Below, piece after piece: positions 1 through 8,276 of a stretch of DNA of 64,000 nucleotides. The position numbers and the translations under genes were made by a program. This stretch comes from Terriglobia bacterium. Its GTDB lineage: Bacteria > Acidobacteriota > Terriglobia > JAJPHL01 > JAPKYU01. Each line of letters begins with the position of its first letter. Within the stretch, counting starts at the first letter, position 1. The stretch lies in contig CBDBKE010000002.1 of NCBI GenBank assembly GCA_965206645.1, positions 576,001 to 640,000 on the forward strand, read 5' to 3'. The notes beneath the pieces were generated by a model. That model was not told where the DNA came from. It was given only the letters and a program-made list of their open reading frames with translations, and searched no databases.

Positions 1-870
1 CTGCTGGACCAATTGGTGGCTGGCGATGGGTCTGTTGTCGAACTGGCGGCGTTCGAGCGCGTACTGCCGGGCGGTCTCGTAGCAGGCCATGGCCGCCCCC
101 AGCGCGCCCCAGCCGATGCCATAGCGCGCCTGGTTCAGACACATCAGCGCTGCTTTCAACCCATCGGTGCCGGGCAGCAGGTTTTCGCATGGGATCCGCG
201 CGTCCTGGAGCGACAGGCTGCTGGTGACCGAGGCCCGCAGGGAAAATTTTCCCTTGATGTCGCGCGCTGTGAGCCCCGGGGTGCTCTTTTCCACCAGAAA
301 GCCGCGAATGACGCCGTCCTCCGTCTTGGCCCAGACGAGCGCCAGGTCGGCGATGCTGCCGGAGGTGATCCAGGCCTTCTCGCCGTTGAGCACGTAGTGG
401 CGCCCGTCCCGGACGGCGCGGCTGCGCAGGCTAGCGGGGTTGGAACCGAAGTCGGGTTCGGTCAATCCAAAGCAGCCAATGGCCCGGCCACTTTGCAGCC
501 GCGGCAGCCACCGCTGCTTTTGCTCCTCGGAGCCGAACTCCAGGATCGGGTACATGACCAGCGCGCCCTGCACGCTGGCGAAGCTGCGCAGTCCGCTGTC
601 GCCCCGCTCCAATTCTTGCATCATCAGGCCGTACTCGACGTTGGACATCTCGGCGCAGCCATAGCCTCGCAGGTTGGCCCCGAGAAACCCCAGCTCGGCC
701 ATCTTCGGGACCAGGTGCAACGGGAATTTCCCCTCCCGGTTATGCTCCTCGATGATGGGAATGACTTCGTTCTCCACAAATTCGCGGGTGGTCTGACGCA
801 CCAGCAGCTCCTCGGAGCTGAACAGCGAGTCCACCTCCACGAAGTCCACGCCGCGAAACGGAAAGGCCAT
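1..870 (-). CDS. gcdH: Acyl-CoA dehydrogenase, glutaryl-CoA dehydrogenase-like (3' end beyond window)
   Basis: Not in the ORF track (open at the edge). ATG at 870 translates MAFPFRGVDF...LGFLGANLRGYGCAEMSNVEYGLMMQELERGDSGLRSFASVQGALVMYPI, typical of GcdH. Confidence 0.85.
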   Translation of the reverse strand, partial: MAFPFRGVDFVEVDSLFSSEELLVRQTTREFVENEVIPIIEEHNREGKFPLHLVPKMAELGFLGANLRGYGCAEMSNVEYGLMMQELERGDSGLRSFASVQGALVMYPILEFGSEEQKQRWLPRLQSGRAIGCFGLTEPDFGSNPASLRSRAVRDGRHYVLNGEKAWITSGSIADLALVWAKTEDGVIRGFLVEKSTPGLTARDIKGKFSLRASVTSSLSLQDARIPCENLLPGTDGLKAALMCLNQARYGIGWGALGAAMACYETARQYALERRQFDNRPIASHQLVQQ

Positions 871-898
871 TAGCTCGCTCTCAGCCCAGCCATTTTTC

Positions 899-981
899 TC
901 TTAGCCTGGTCTTAGCCCGGTCTTAGCCCGGTCTTAGCCCGGTCTTGGTCTTGGCCTTGTCTTAGCCTTGTCTTAGCCTGG
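899..981. repeat. 11-bp tandem repeat TCTTAGCC(C/T)(G/T)G, about 7 copies plus a partial
   Basis: Directly visible in the divergent intergenic region between gcdH and the ECF sigma. Confidence 0.95.
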
Positions 982-1089
982 CTCTTGGGCCGAAAGCCCA
1001 GTATATGCCCTCTGCCGTTGCTCCCAAAGGAATCACCCTTACGGAAGTGCGGGCCGCCCCAGGGCCGCGTATAATCTTTGGAAGAAGTC

Positions 1090-1932
1090 ATGACGGCGGC
1101 AGAATTCCAATCCCGCTACCGTCGCCTGCTGGAGCAGCTCTACTCGGCGACGCCCGCCTCCTCCCGGGGACTGCCACTGGAGGCTTTCGCTCAGGCAGCG
1201 CACGCATCGCTGGAGAAATACGGCGGGGAGGGCAGCGTCGAGGAATACCTGCGCTCGGTCCGGCTGCGCGATCTGGCGCTGGCGGCTGCCTGTGCGCACG
1301 GCGACGAGCGGGCCTGGCGGCAGTTCTTTGAGGAACTTCGCGGACCGCTGCGGGCGGCTGGCCGCGCGCTAGCGGGCCCGCGCGGAGAGGAGCTGGCCGA
1401 CGCAATGTTTGGCGAACTCTACGAGCAACGGGCGCGGCTGGCCTCCTTCGCCGGGCGCAGTTCGCTGGCAGGGTGGCTGCGCGCGGTCCTCTACCAGAGC
1501 TACGTGGATCGCTTGCGCTCGGAGAAAAAGGAAGTCTCATTGGAGGAGCGTGAATCAGCCGGCCAGGTCGTATCCGCGGCGGCAGTTGCGGATCCGGTCG
1601 AACAGGGACAATACGAGCGCATGGCCCAGAACGCGCTAGAAACGGCTCTCGAGCGCCTGCTGCCGCGCCAGAAGTTGCTGTTGGATTTTTACTATTTTCA
1701 TGGGCTGACCCTGCGCGAGGCCGCCGCCCTGGTAGGGGTGCATGAGGCCACGGCCAGCCGCGAGCTAGACCGGGCTCGTAGCCAGTTGCGCCAGACTCTG
1801 ACTAGCATCCTAAAAAAAGAGCACCGGTTGGAGGAGGACGAGGTGAGGCGCTGCCTGTATCAGGCTGTGCAGGGCCGCTTGGAGATTCGGCGGAGCGTGC
1901 AAGATCGCGGCACGCCTGCCGTTCAGAAATAG
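1090..1932 (+). CDS. ECF-type sigma-70 family RNA polymerase sigma factor
   Basis: LRDLALAAACAHGDERAW N-terminal motif, region 2 (SLAGWLRAV), region 4 HTH (GLTLREAAALVGVHEATASR); TATAAT at 1070-1075. Confidence 0.9.
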   Translation: MTAAEFQSRYRRLLEQLYSATPASSRGLPLEAFAQAAHASLEKYGGEGSVEEYLRSVRLRDLALAAACAHGDERAWRQFFEELRGPLRAAGRALAGPRGEELADAMFGELYEQRARLASFAGRSSLAGWLRAVLYQSYVDRLRSEKKEVSLEERESAGQVVSAAAVADPVEQGQYERMAQNALETALERLLPRQKLLLDFYYFHGLTLREAAALVGVHEATASRELDRARSQLRQTLTSILKKEHRLEEDEVRRCLYQAVQGRLEIRRSVQDRGTPAVQK

Positions 1933-1940
1933 GGGCCAAA

Positions 1941-3416
1941 GTGCACGTACCGGACGACCACACGCCTTTGGAGGACTTGCTGCGGCGGCGAAACTGGGAG
2001 GGCGCGGCGGGCGGTGAACTCTGCAACAACGCCGAGCTGCTGGCCGCGTACGCGGAAGGCCAGCTCCCCCAGACGACCCGCGAGCGCTTCGAGCAGCATC
2101 TGGCCACCTGTGCGGCCTGCCAGGCTGCTGTGGTGCGTCTGGTGCGCTTGGCACCGCAGGAATCGGCCGCTGGTGCCGCCGCCGCAGGAACGCAGACCTC
2201 CCGGGCGCCCCGCATTTCACCTGTGTTTCGCTGGCGTTGGGCACTGCCCGCATTGGCCGGCGTGATCCTGACGGGGTCGTTCATCTATTACGAGCGCTTC
2301 CAGATCGTGGCCCCCCGCCCCTCCACTGCGCCTGGCCGCGTTGCTGAGCAGGCGGCCCCGGAGCCGGAGTCGCCGACAGGTTCGCCACTCGCCCAGGCCC
2401 CCGCGCCTCAGGCTCCCGCAGAGGTCGCCACCAGTCGCGGCGTCCCGCTAGGCGAAGCTGACAAGGCGCGCCCAGTTGAGAGAACGACAGTCAGGGGAAC
2501 GACAGTTGGGGGAACGACAGCGGCAGTGGCTACTGAGGAAGAGGAGCGGCTGCCGCAAACACGGCGAGAGTTCCAAGGCGGCTTCGCCGAACAAGGGGCG
2601 CGAGCAGCGGATCCTGTCCCGGCCGCTGCGCCTCCTCCGCCCCCATCGGCGTCTCCATCCGGAGCAGATCGGCTCGCGCAACTTGAAAGTTCCGCTGCAC
2701 GCGCGCTCAAGACGAAAGACGGACCGCAGGTGCTCGACGATGCTGTCGCACAGAGCGCGTCCGAGGCACAAGCCAAGACCTCAGTGACTAACAAGCTTGC
2801 CGACCGCCGTCGAGCCCAGCCCGCTCCGAAGCCGTCGCGATCGAAGGAATTGCGAAGGACGCAAGCCGAGCCGAAGAACGCGGCCAAGAGCGTCCTGACC
2901 CTCGAGGACCGGCTCGCCAAACGCGCCGATTTGGCTAAAAAAGAGGAGACTAGGCGGTCCGGAGCTGAGGGCCATCAGTACGCTAGAGCGGAAGCGGTCG
3001 GCGCGGCAACGGGGCTTAAGGGGCGCGACGCTCAGACGCGCGGGCCGTTCCGCAAACAAGTCCTGGCCGCGACGCACCGCCTGGCTCTAACTATCTCCGG
3101 CCTGCTGCTGGTGTCCCCCGCCGAGTCCAACGAATGGCAGCCGCTGATCATACCGACGGGCCCGTCGGGCTCGTCAGGCACGGCGGTCACCAATTTCGCC
3201 GTTTTCGGCGATCACCTGTGGGTGCTGTTGCCCGGAGGCCGGGTGGCGCATTCTGTCAACCTGGGCCGAAGCTGGTATCCACTGGTCGAGACGGGAGCAA
3301 AAGATCCTGTGACTATCTCCTTCACGAGCGCGCTTACTGGCGAAATCCTGACCCGCTCCGGACGCCGCCTGCGCACCGCTGACGGCGGCCAGACTTGGAA
3401 GCCGGTGCCGAAATAG
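1941..3416 (+). CDS. Zinc-finger (ZAS, zf-HC2) anti-sigma factor with TM helix, low-complexity linker and C-terminal BNR/Asp-box repeats
   Basis: HLATCAAC (HxxxCxxC), TM segment WALPALAGVILTGSFIYY, Asp-box-like SVNLGRSW and TADGGQTW; 8 bp downstream of the sigma gene. Confidence 0.85.
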   Translation: MHVPDDHTPLEDLLRRRNWEGAAGGELCNNAELLAAYAEGQLPQTTRERFEQHLATCAACQAAVVRLVRLAPQESAAGAAAAGTQTSRAPRISPVFRWRWALPALAGVILTGSFIYYERFQIVAPRPSTAPGRVAEQAAPEPESPTGSPLAQAPAPQAPAEVATSRGVPLGEADKARPVERTTVRGTTVGGTTAAVATEEEERLPQTRREFQGGFAEQGARAADPVPAAAPPPPPSASPSGADRLAQLESSAARALKTKDGPQVLDDAVAQSASEAQAKTSVTNKLADRRRAQPAPKPSRSKELRRTQAEPKNAAKSVLTLEDRLAKRADLAKKEETRRSGAEGHQYARAEAVGAATGLKGRDAQTRGPFRKQVLAATHRLALTISGLLLVSPAESNEWQPLIIPTGPSGSSGTAVTNFAVFGDHLWVLLPGGRVAHSVNLGRSWYPLVETGAKDPVTISFTSALTGEILTRSGRRLRTADGGQTWKPVPK

Positions 3417-3543
3417 AGTGTGTGATGGCCCCGCAGGCGCTGCCACTGCTTTGGCAGAAGGGGGATTCCGGCGGCAAATTGCGACGGGTACGCTGCAGTT
3501 GCTGCAGTAGTGGTTCTGGAGAGGCCGGGACGACGGCTGCCTG

Positions 3544-4416
3544 CTAACTCGTTTTAGCCGGGGCGGGCGCGGCCACCGGTTCATACTCGTACTTGCCGCC
3601 CTCGCCGGCGCGCACATAGCCCCAGGGGTGTTCCGCGTCGTGTACGAAGACGCAAAGCCAATTCTCGGAGGCGGCCTGCGCAAGAAGGCGCTTCTTGTTC
3701 TCGATGGTCTCCAGCGGAAACAGGTCGAACGCCATGACCCAGGTGGGATTCAGGTGGGCAGTGGAGGGGACCAGATCGGAGAAGTAGGCGCAGGTTTGCC
3801 CGCCGGACTGGATCAGCACTACCTGCAGGTTCCGCGTGTGCCCCGGCGTGACCCGAACAACCAGGCCCGGCGCCAGGGTGGCGTTGCCGTCCAGCAGCGT
3901 CATCTGGCCGCTGCCAACCAGTGGTTCGTAGTTTTCGTCCAGGTAGCTGACGCGGTCGCGGTCATGGCGCAGGTGGGCATGCTCCCACTCGCCGCGCTGC
4001 ACGAAGTAGCGGGCCCGGGGGAAGACGGGCATTGCCCGGCCGCCCTGCCAGCGGGTGTTGCCCCCGCAATGGTCGAAGTGCAGATGTGTGTCGACGACTA
4101 GTTCTATGGAGTCAGGATCAATGCCGCGGGCTGCGATGTCTTCCGGCAAGCTGCGCTGCCGCGCGACACCGTAGAGGCGAACACGCTTCTCGTCTAATTT
4201 CTCGCCAATGCCGGTTTCGATTAGGATCGTGTGGCGGTCGCTGCGGGCCACCAGGCAGTTCAGTCCGACTCGAATGCGATTTCCCTCGTCGGCTCCCTTT
4301 TTGCGGCTCCACAGTGCCTTTGGAACCACGCCGAAATAGGCGCCCCCATCCAGCTGGTAGGTGCCGTCGGAGACCAGGAACAGCTCATAGTCGCCCAGGG
4401 TGATCCGATCCGGCAT
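3544..4416 (-). CDS. MBL-fold metallo-hydrolase (YtnP-like)
   Basis: THLHFDHCGG motif, LDGGAYFGVVPK, TPGHT, C-terminal H. Confidence 0.9.
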   Translation of the reverse strand: MPDRITLGDYELFLVSDGTYQLDGGAYFGVVPKALWSRKKGADEGNRIRVGLNCLVARSDRHTILIETGIGEKLDEKRVRLYGVARQRSLPEDIAARGIDPDSIELVVDTHLHFDHCGGNTRWQGGRAMPVFPRARYFVQRGEWEHAHLRHDRDRVSYLDENYEPLVGSGQMTLLDGNATLAPGLVVRVTPGHTRNLQVVLIQSGGQTCAYFSDLVPSTAHLNPTWVMAFDLFPLETIENKKRLLAQAASENWLCVFVHDAEHPWGYVRAGEGGKYEYEPVAAPAPAKTS

Positions 4417-4430
4417 CGGCTGTCGAACTG

Positions 4431-4799
4431 CTAGTTGCGAACGTACTTGCGACCGCGTTCTACCAACTCTGAGGCATCTTCCACGAATTCCCGGCCCCGG
4501 TCCACCACTTCCCGGCCGCGGTCGTAGAGTTCATGCCCCCGGTCGGAAACGAAGTCGCGCGCGTCCTCGGCTCGGTCGGAAACGAAGTCGCGCGCGTCCT
4601 CGGCTCGGTCGGAAACGAAGTCGCGCGCGTCCTCGGCTCGGTCGGAAACGAAGTGCTGCGCCTTACTGGCCTTCCTGGAAAGATAGCGGCGCGTGACTCG
4701 GCCAGAGCGGGGCGCGTACAGCAAAGCCACTGCTGCCCCGAAGCTGACCCCAGCCAAGAACCACAGCACCCCGTTGCCACCTTCCTCGTTGTATCTCAT
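4431..4799 (-). CDS. YtxH-domain protein with 11-aa repeats
   Basis: GGAGG RBS before ATG 4799; FLAGVSFGAAVALLYAPRSGRVTR YtxH motif; (FVSDRAEDARD)x3. Confidence 0.85.
   Translation of the reverse strand: MRYNEEGGNGVLWFLAGVSFGAAVALLYAPRSGRVTRRYLSRKASKAQHFVSDRAEDARDFVSDRAEDARDFVSDRAEDARDFVSDRGHELYDRGREVVDRGREFVEDASELVERGRKYVRN
4540..4654. repeat. 33-bp perfect in-frame tandem repeat, 3.5 copies
   Basis: GGTCGGAAACGAAGTCGCGCGCGTCCTCGGCTC at 4541, 4574, 4607, partial at 4640. Confidence 0.95.
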
Positions 4800-4981
4800 G
4801 GCTTTTCCTCCTGGGCTTTTTCCTCCTACTCTGCGCAGCGGCAAACACCATCACCCGCCGCCGCTACTACCATTTTAACACAGTCTAGAGCGGTCTCTGG
4901 CCCCGGCCATACCGTGCCGGCAGACGTCCGGCCTCAGGCGTTACCAAGGTGCCAACACTCCGAGAATTCGGCAATGAGGAG

Positions 4982-5010
4982 TTGCTGGCCAGTTCGTTTA
5001 TGGCTATAAT
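4982..5010 (+). promoter_or_regulatory. Putative sigma70 promoter TTGCTG-17-TATAAT
   Basis: Perfect -10 box and 17-bp spacer. Confidence 0.45.
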
Positions 5011-5099
5011 CGGCCTCTTCACGAACCTCGGGGAGAGTGGAAAGCACCCATTCACTGGGGTTCTCAGAGAACGTTCGGCTCGCGCTAGGTCAAATCTGT

Positions 5100-5201
5100 A
5101 TGCGCACGATCTTTTTTGGCCTCTTGAAGAGGACACTGCTTGTGGCGGCTACGGTCAGTGTGCTTGCCGTGGCTGCCGCCCTGCTTCTTTACAGAATATA
5201 G
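5100..5201 (+). CDS. Putative 33-aa single-TM small protein or truncated membrane-protein relic
   Basis: MRTIFFGLLKRTLLVAATVSVLAVAAALLLYRI*; lies downstream of the promoter at 4982; weak RBS. Confidence 0.35.
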   Translation: MRTIFFGLLKRTLLVAATVSVLAVAAALLLYRI

Positions 5202-5240
5202 CGCTCTGCCTTCCTCGTATCAGGGTTCCCGCCTCGGGTT

Positions 5241-6731
5241 CTACTCCTCTTTCGGCGTTGCGCCTTCGGATCCATGCAGGGCCCGCGGTCCCAAGCCAAG
5301 CAGCTGCTCGGCTTCCGGCGGACCCCAGTCACCGGCTGCGTAGAAGTGCACCGGGCCACGCTGTTCGAGCAAAGGCGTGTACAAGCGCCAGGAAGCTTCT
5401 ACTTCATCATCGCGCACGAACAGAGTCTGGTCACCGGCGAGGATGTCCAGCAGGAGTGTCTCGTATCCGTCTGGAAGAGGAGCAAAGGCCTCCTCATAGC
5501 GGAAGTGGAGACGATGTGTTTGGAGCGTTAGTTGCTGGCCCGGGGTCTTCACTTCGAAGTGCAGGTCGAACCCTTCCTCAGGCTGCAGCGTGATCACTAA
5601 AGCGTTCGAGTGAATCTTGCACGAGTCAAACGGTTGGAAGAAGGTTACCGGAGGACACCGGAACCGGACCGCAATCCGGCTCACTCGGCGGGGTAACCGT
5701 TTGCCGGTCGACAGATAGAACGGCACACCGTGCCAGCGCCAGTTCGCTATCTCCAGTCGGACCGCCACAAACGTTTCGGTCTGCGAGTCGAGGGCCACAC
5801 CAGGCTCCTCCCGGTAGGCCGGCACCTCCGTGCCGTTCAGTTTGCCTCGGCTGTATTGACCGAGGACGACGCTCTCCGGACGGATACGCTCAATCGATCG
5901 CAGCACTTTAACTTTTTCGTCACGGATGGAGTCGGCGTCAAAAGCCACAGGAACTTCCATGGCTGTCAGTGTTAGCAACTGGGTCAAGTGATTCTGCACC
6001 ATGTCGCGCAAAGCACCGGCTTGTTCGTAGTAGTCAGCCCGCTTCTCGACTCCTAAACTTTCCGCCACGGTGATTCCTACACTGTGTACCCGGTCGCGGT
6101 TCCAAAGAGGTTCGAAGAGGGCGTTGGCGAAGCGGAAAGTAAGCAAGTTCTGTACTGTTTCCTTGCCCAGGTAGTGGTCAATCCGATAGACCTGCGATTC
6201 CTCAAAATAGCGATGAACCAGGCCGTTCAGTTCCCGGGCAGAGACGAGGTCGCGCCCAAAAGGTTTCTCGATCACCAGACGGGTCCAGCCTGAACTGTGG
6301 TTCAACCCCGCATCGGCAAGTCCTGTGATCGTAGCCGGGAACGTTGCTGGTGACAGCGCCAAATAGAAGGCTCGGTTCCCCGGCAGGCCGTGTGCCTGCT
6401 CCAGCTCGGCAATGCGCCCGGCCAGAGACCGGAAGTCTTCCGGGGTGCCTTTGCCAATCGGCTGGTAGAACAGACACTGATCGCACCAACGGCTGCTGAA
6501 CTCCCCTGCTTCTACTCCCTCAGCCTTCAAGGCCTCCCGCGCCAGCGCCCGGAAGCCGGCCTCACCCGGCTCGCTTTTCCGGGCCACACCCAGAATCAGG
6601 CAGCGATTGATCTGCCCACTGGTGGCCAGGCGATAGAGCGAGGGCAGGAGTTTGCGGCGCATCAGGTCGCCGGTCGCGCCGAAGACCACGAACAAATGGG
6701 CATCTGTGCGAGGATTGGGAGGCCCGGTCAT
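5241..6731 (-). CDS. zwf: Glucose-6-phosphate 1-dehydrogenase
   Basis: [28 protein letters not shown] motifs. Confidence 0.97.
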   Translation of the reverse strand: MTGPPNPRTDAHLFVVFGATGDLMRRKLLPSLYRLATSGQINRCLILGVARKSEPGEAGFRALAREALKAEGVEAGEFSSRWCDQCLFYQPIGKGTPEDFRSLAGRIAELEQAHGLPGNRAFYLALSPATFPATITGLADAGLNHSSGWTRLVIEKPFGRDLVSARELNGLVHRYFEESQVYRIDHYLGKETVQNLLTFRFANALFEPLWNRDRVHSVGITVAESLGVEKRADYYEQAGALRDMVQNHLTQLLTLTAMEVPVAFDADSIRDEKVKVLRSIERIRPESVVLGQYSRGKLNGTEVPAYREEPGVALDSQTETFVAVRLEIANWRWHGVPFYLSTGKRLPRRVSRIAVRFRCPPVTFFQPFDSCKIHSNALVITLQPEEGFDLHFEVKTPGQQLTLQTHRLHFRYEEAFAPLPDGYETLLLDILAGDQTLFVRDDEVEASWRLYTPLLEQRGPVHFYAAGDWGPPEAEQLLGLGPRALHGSEGATPKEE

Positions 6732-6732
6732 C

Positions 6733-7641
6733 TCATGTGTCTCGCTTCACCGCGTGGCCGCCGAATTGCTCTCGCATGACGGCGAGGAGTTTGTCCGCAA
6801 ACGGTTCGGTTTCCCTCGAGCGGAAGCGGCGCTGCAAGGCCAGAGTGATGACCGGAATGGAGCAACCCAGCTCGATTGCCTCCAGAACCGTCCAACGGCC
6901 TTCCCCAGAATCGGCCACATAGGGCGCAATGCCTTCCAGTGTGGGATTCTCGTTCAGAGCCTGCGCCGTCAAGTCGAGCAACCAGGAACGCACCACGCTC
7001 CCGTGCCTCCAGATTTCGGCGATCCGCTGCAGGTTCAGGCCGAATTCGCTCTTGCTCTGCATCAGGGCAAACCCCTCGGCGTAGGCCTGCATCAGGCCAT
7101 ATTCAATGCCGTTATGAACCATCTTGACGAAGTGCCCGGCGCCGCTCGGACCCACGTGTCCCCAGCCCTTGTCGGCAGCCGGCGCCAGTGTCTGGAAGAT
7201 GGGCGAGAGCCGCTGGACGACCTGCGCCTCGCCGCCGATCATCATGCTATAGCCCTCCTGAAGACCCCACACGCCGCCGCTGGTGCCGGAATCCACAAAT
7301 TGCAGCCCTTGCTCTTTGACTGCCGCAGCGCGTCGCATCGTGTCCTTGTAGTTGGAATTGCCACCATCTACGATCACGTCATCTTGGTTCAACAGAGGCA
7401 ACAGCGCCTCTATCGTCTCATCCACCGGGTTGCCAGCCGGGATCATCAGCCAGACGACCCGGGGCGGCTTGAGCTGCTCCACAAGATTCGGCAGCGAATC
7501 GGCGCTGACCGCGCCTTTCTCCACCGCCCGCCGGACCGATCCTGGATCCTGGGCGTAGCCCACTACGCGGTGGCCGCCGCGTAAGAGCCGCTCGACCATA
7601 TTTCCCCCCATACGGCCCAGCCCAATCATCCCCAATTCCAT
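6733..7641 (-). CDS. gnd: 6-phosphogluconate dehydrogenase, decarboxylating (short type)
   Basis: [38 protein letters not shown]. Confidence 0.95.
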   Translation of the reverse strand: MELGMIGLGRMGGNMVERLLRGGHRVVGYAQDPGSVRRAVEKGAVSADSLPNLVEQLKPPRVVWLMIPAGNPVDETIEALLPLLNQDDVIVDGGNSNYKDTMRRAAAVKEQGLQFVDSGTSGGVWGLQEGYSMMIGGEAQVVQRLSPIFQTLAPAADKGWGHVGPSGAGHFVKMVHNGIEYGLMQAYAEGFALMQSKSEFGLNLQRIAEIWRHGSVVRSWLLDLTAQALNENPTLEGIAPYVADSGEGRWTVLEAIELGCSIPVITLALQRRFRSRETEPFADKLLAVMREQFGGHAVKRDT

Positions 7642-7655
7642 GGCATCCCTCCCCG

Positions 7656-8276
7656 CTATCCAGAGTTAACGTCTATGCCGTGCTCCTGAAGCTCCCGGCG
7701 CAACTGCGCTGGATTTTGATAGTGAACGGTCCGCATGCCCAGAAGCTGCGCGCACTCCAGGTTCAAGGCCCGGTCGTCAATGAAGAGGCATTCTTCCAGA
7801 GCCCGCCGGGTAATTTGCGAGGCCAGGCGGTAGATCCCGCGCTCAGGCTTTTTCACACCCAGAAAGCAAGAGCTGAAAAAGGCAACGAAGTAATCGCGCA
7901 ACCGAAACTGTTCGATGCGGTAGAGGTTCAACTCCAAGGACTCGTTGTTCAGTGCGGCCATCAGATACTTCCCGGAGCTCGCCAATCGCTCCACCAGCGC
8001 CAGCACCTCGGGCAGCGGCTGCGATTGAGTAAATATAGAGGTCTTGAAGTCGTCCTGACTAAACGCGCGCGACCGATAAAAGACAGTTCGCCGCAAGTAC
8101 TCATCGAGCGTGAGGAGACCTTTCTCGAAGTCAGCCACTACGAGGTCATGCCGATCTTCAAACTCTTCCCAATCCAAGTGGAACTGCTCGGCAGCCCGGC
8201 GGCGCGCCTCGCGGTCCCAACCATTGGTCAGCAGCACGCCGCCCACATCCCAAAACAGCGTGGTGATCTCAGCCAT
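7656..8276 (-). CDS. HAD-family phosphatase
   Basis: FWDVGGVL motif I, KKP, FIDD motif IV; start overlaps the tal-pgi stop. Confidence 0.9.
   Translation of the reverse strand: MAEITTLFWDVGGVLLTNGWDREARRRAAEQFHLDWEEFEDRHDLVVADFEKGLLTLDEYLRRTVFYRSRAFSQDDFKTSIFTQSQPLPEVLALVERLASSGKYLMAALNNESLELNLYRIEQFRLRDYFVAFFSSCFLGVKKPERGIYRLASQITRRALEECLFIDDRALNLECAQLLGMRTVHYQNPAQLRRELQEHGIDVNSG

Noticed and set aside
13-873. 286-aa plus-strand ORF
   Set aside because: Antisense shadow of the minus-strand acyl-CoA dehydrogenase.
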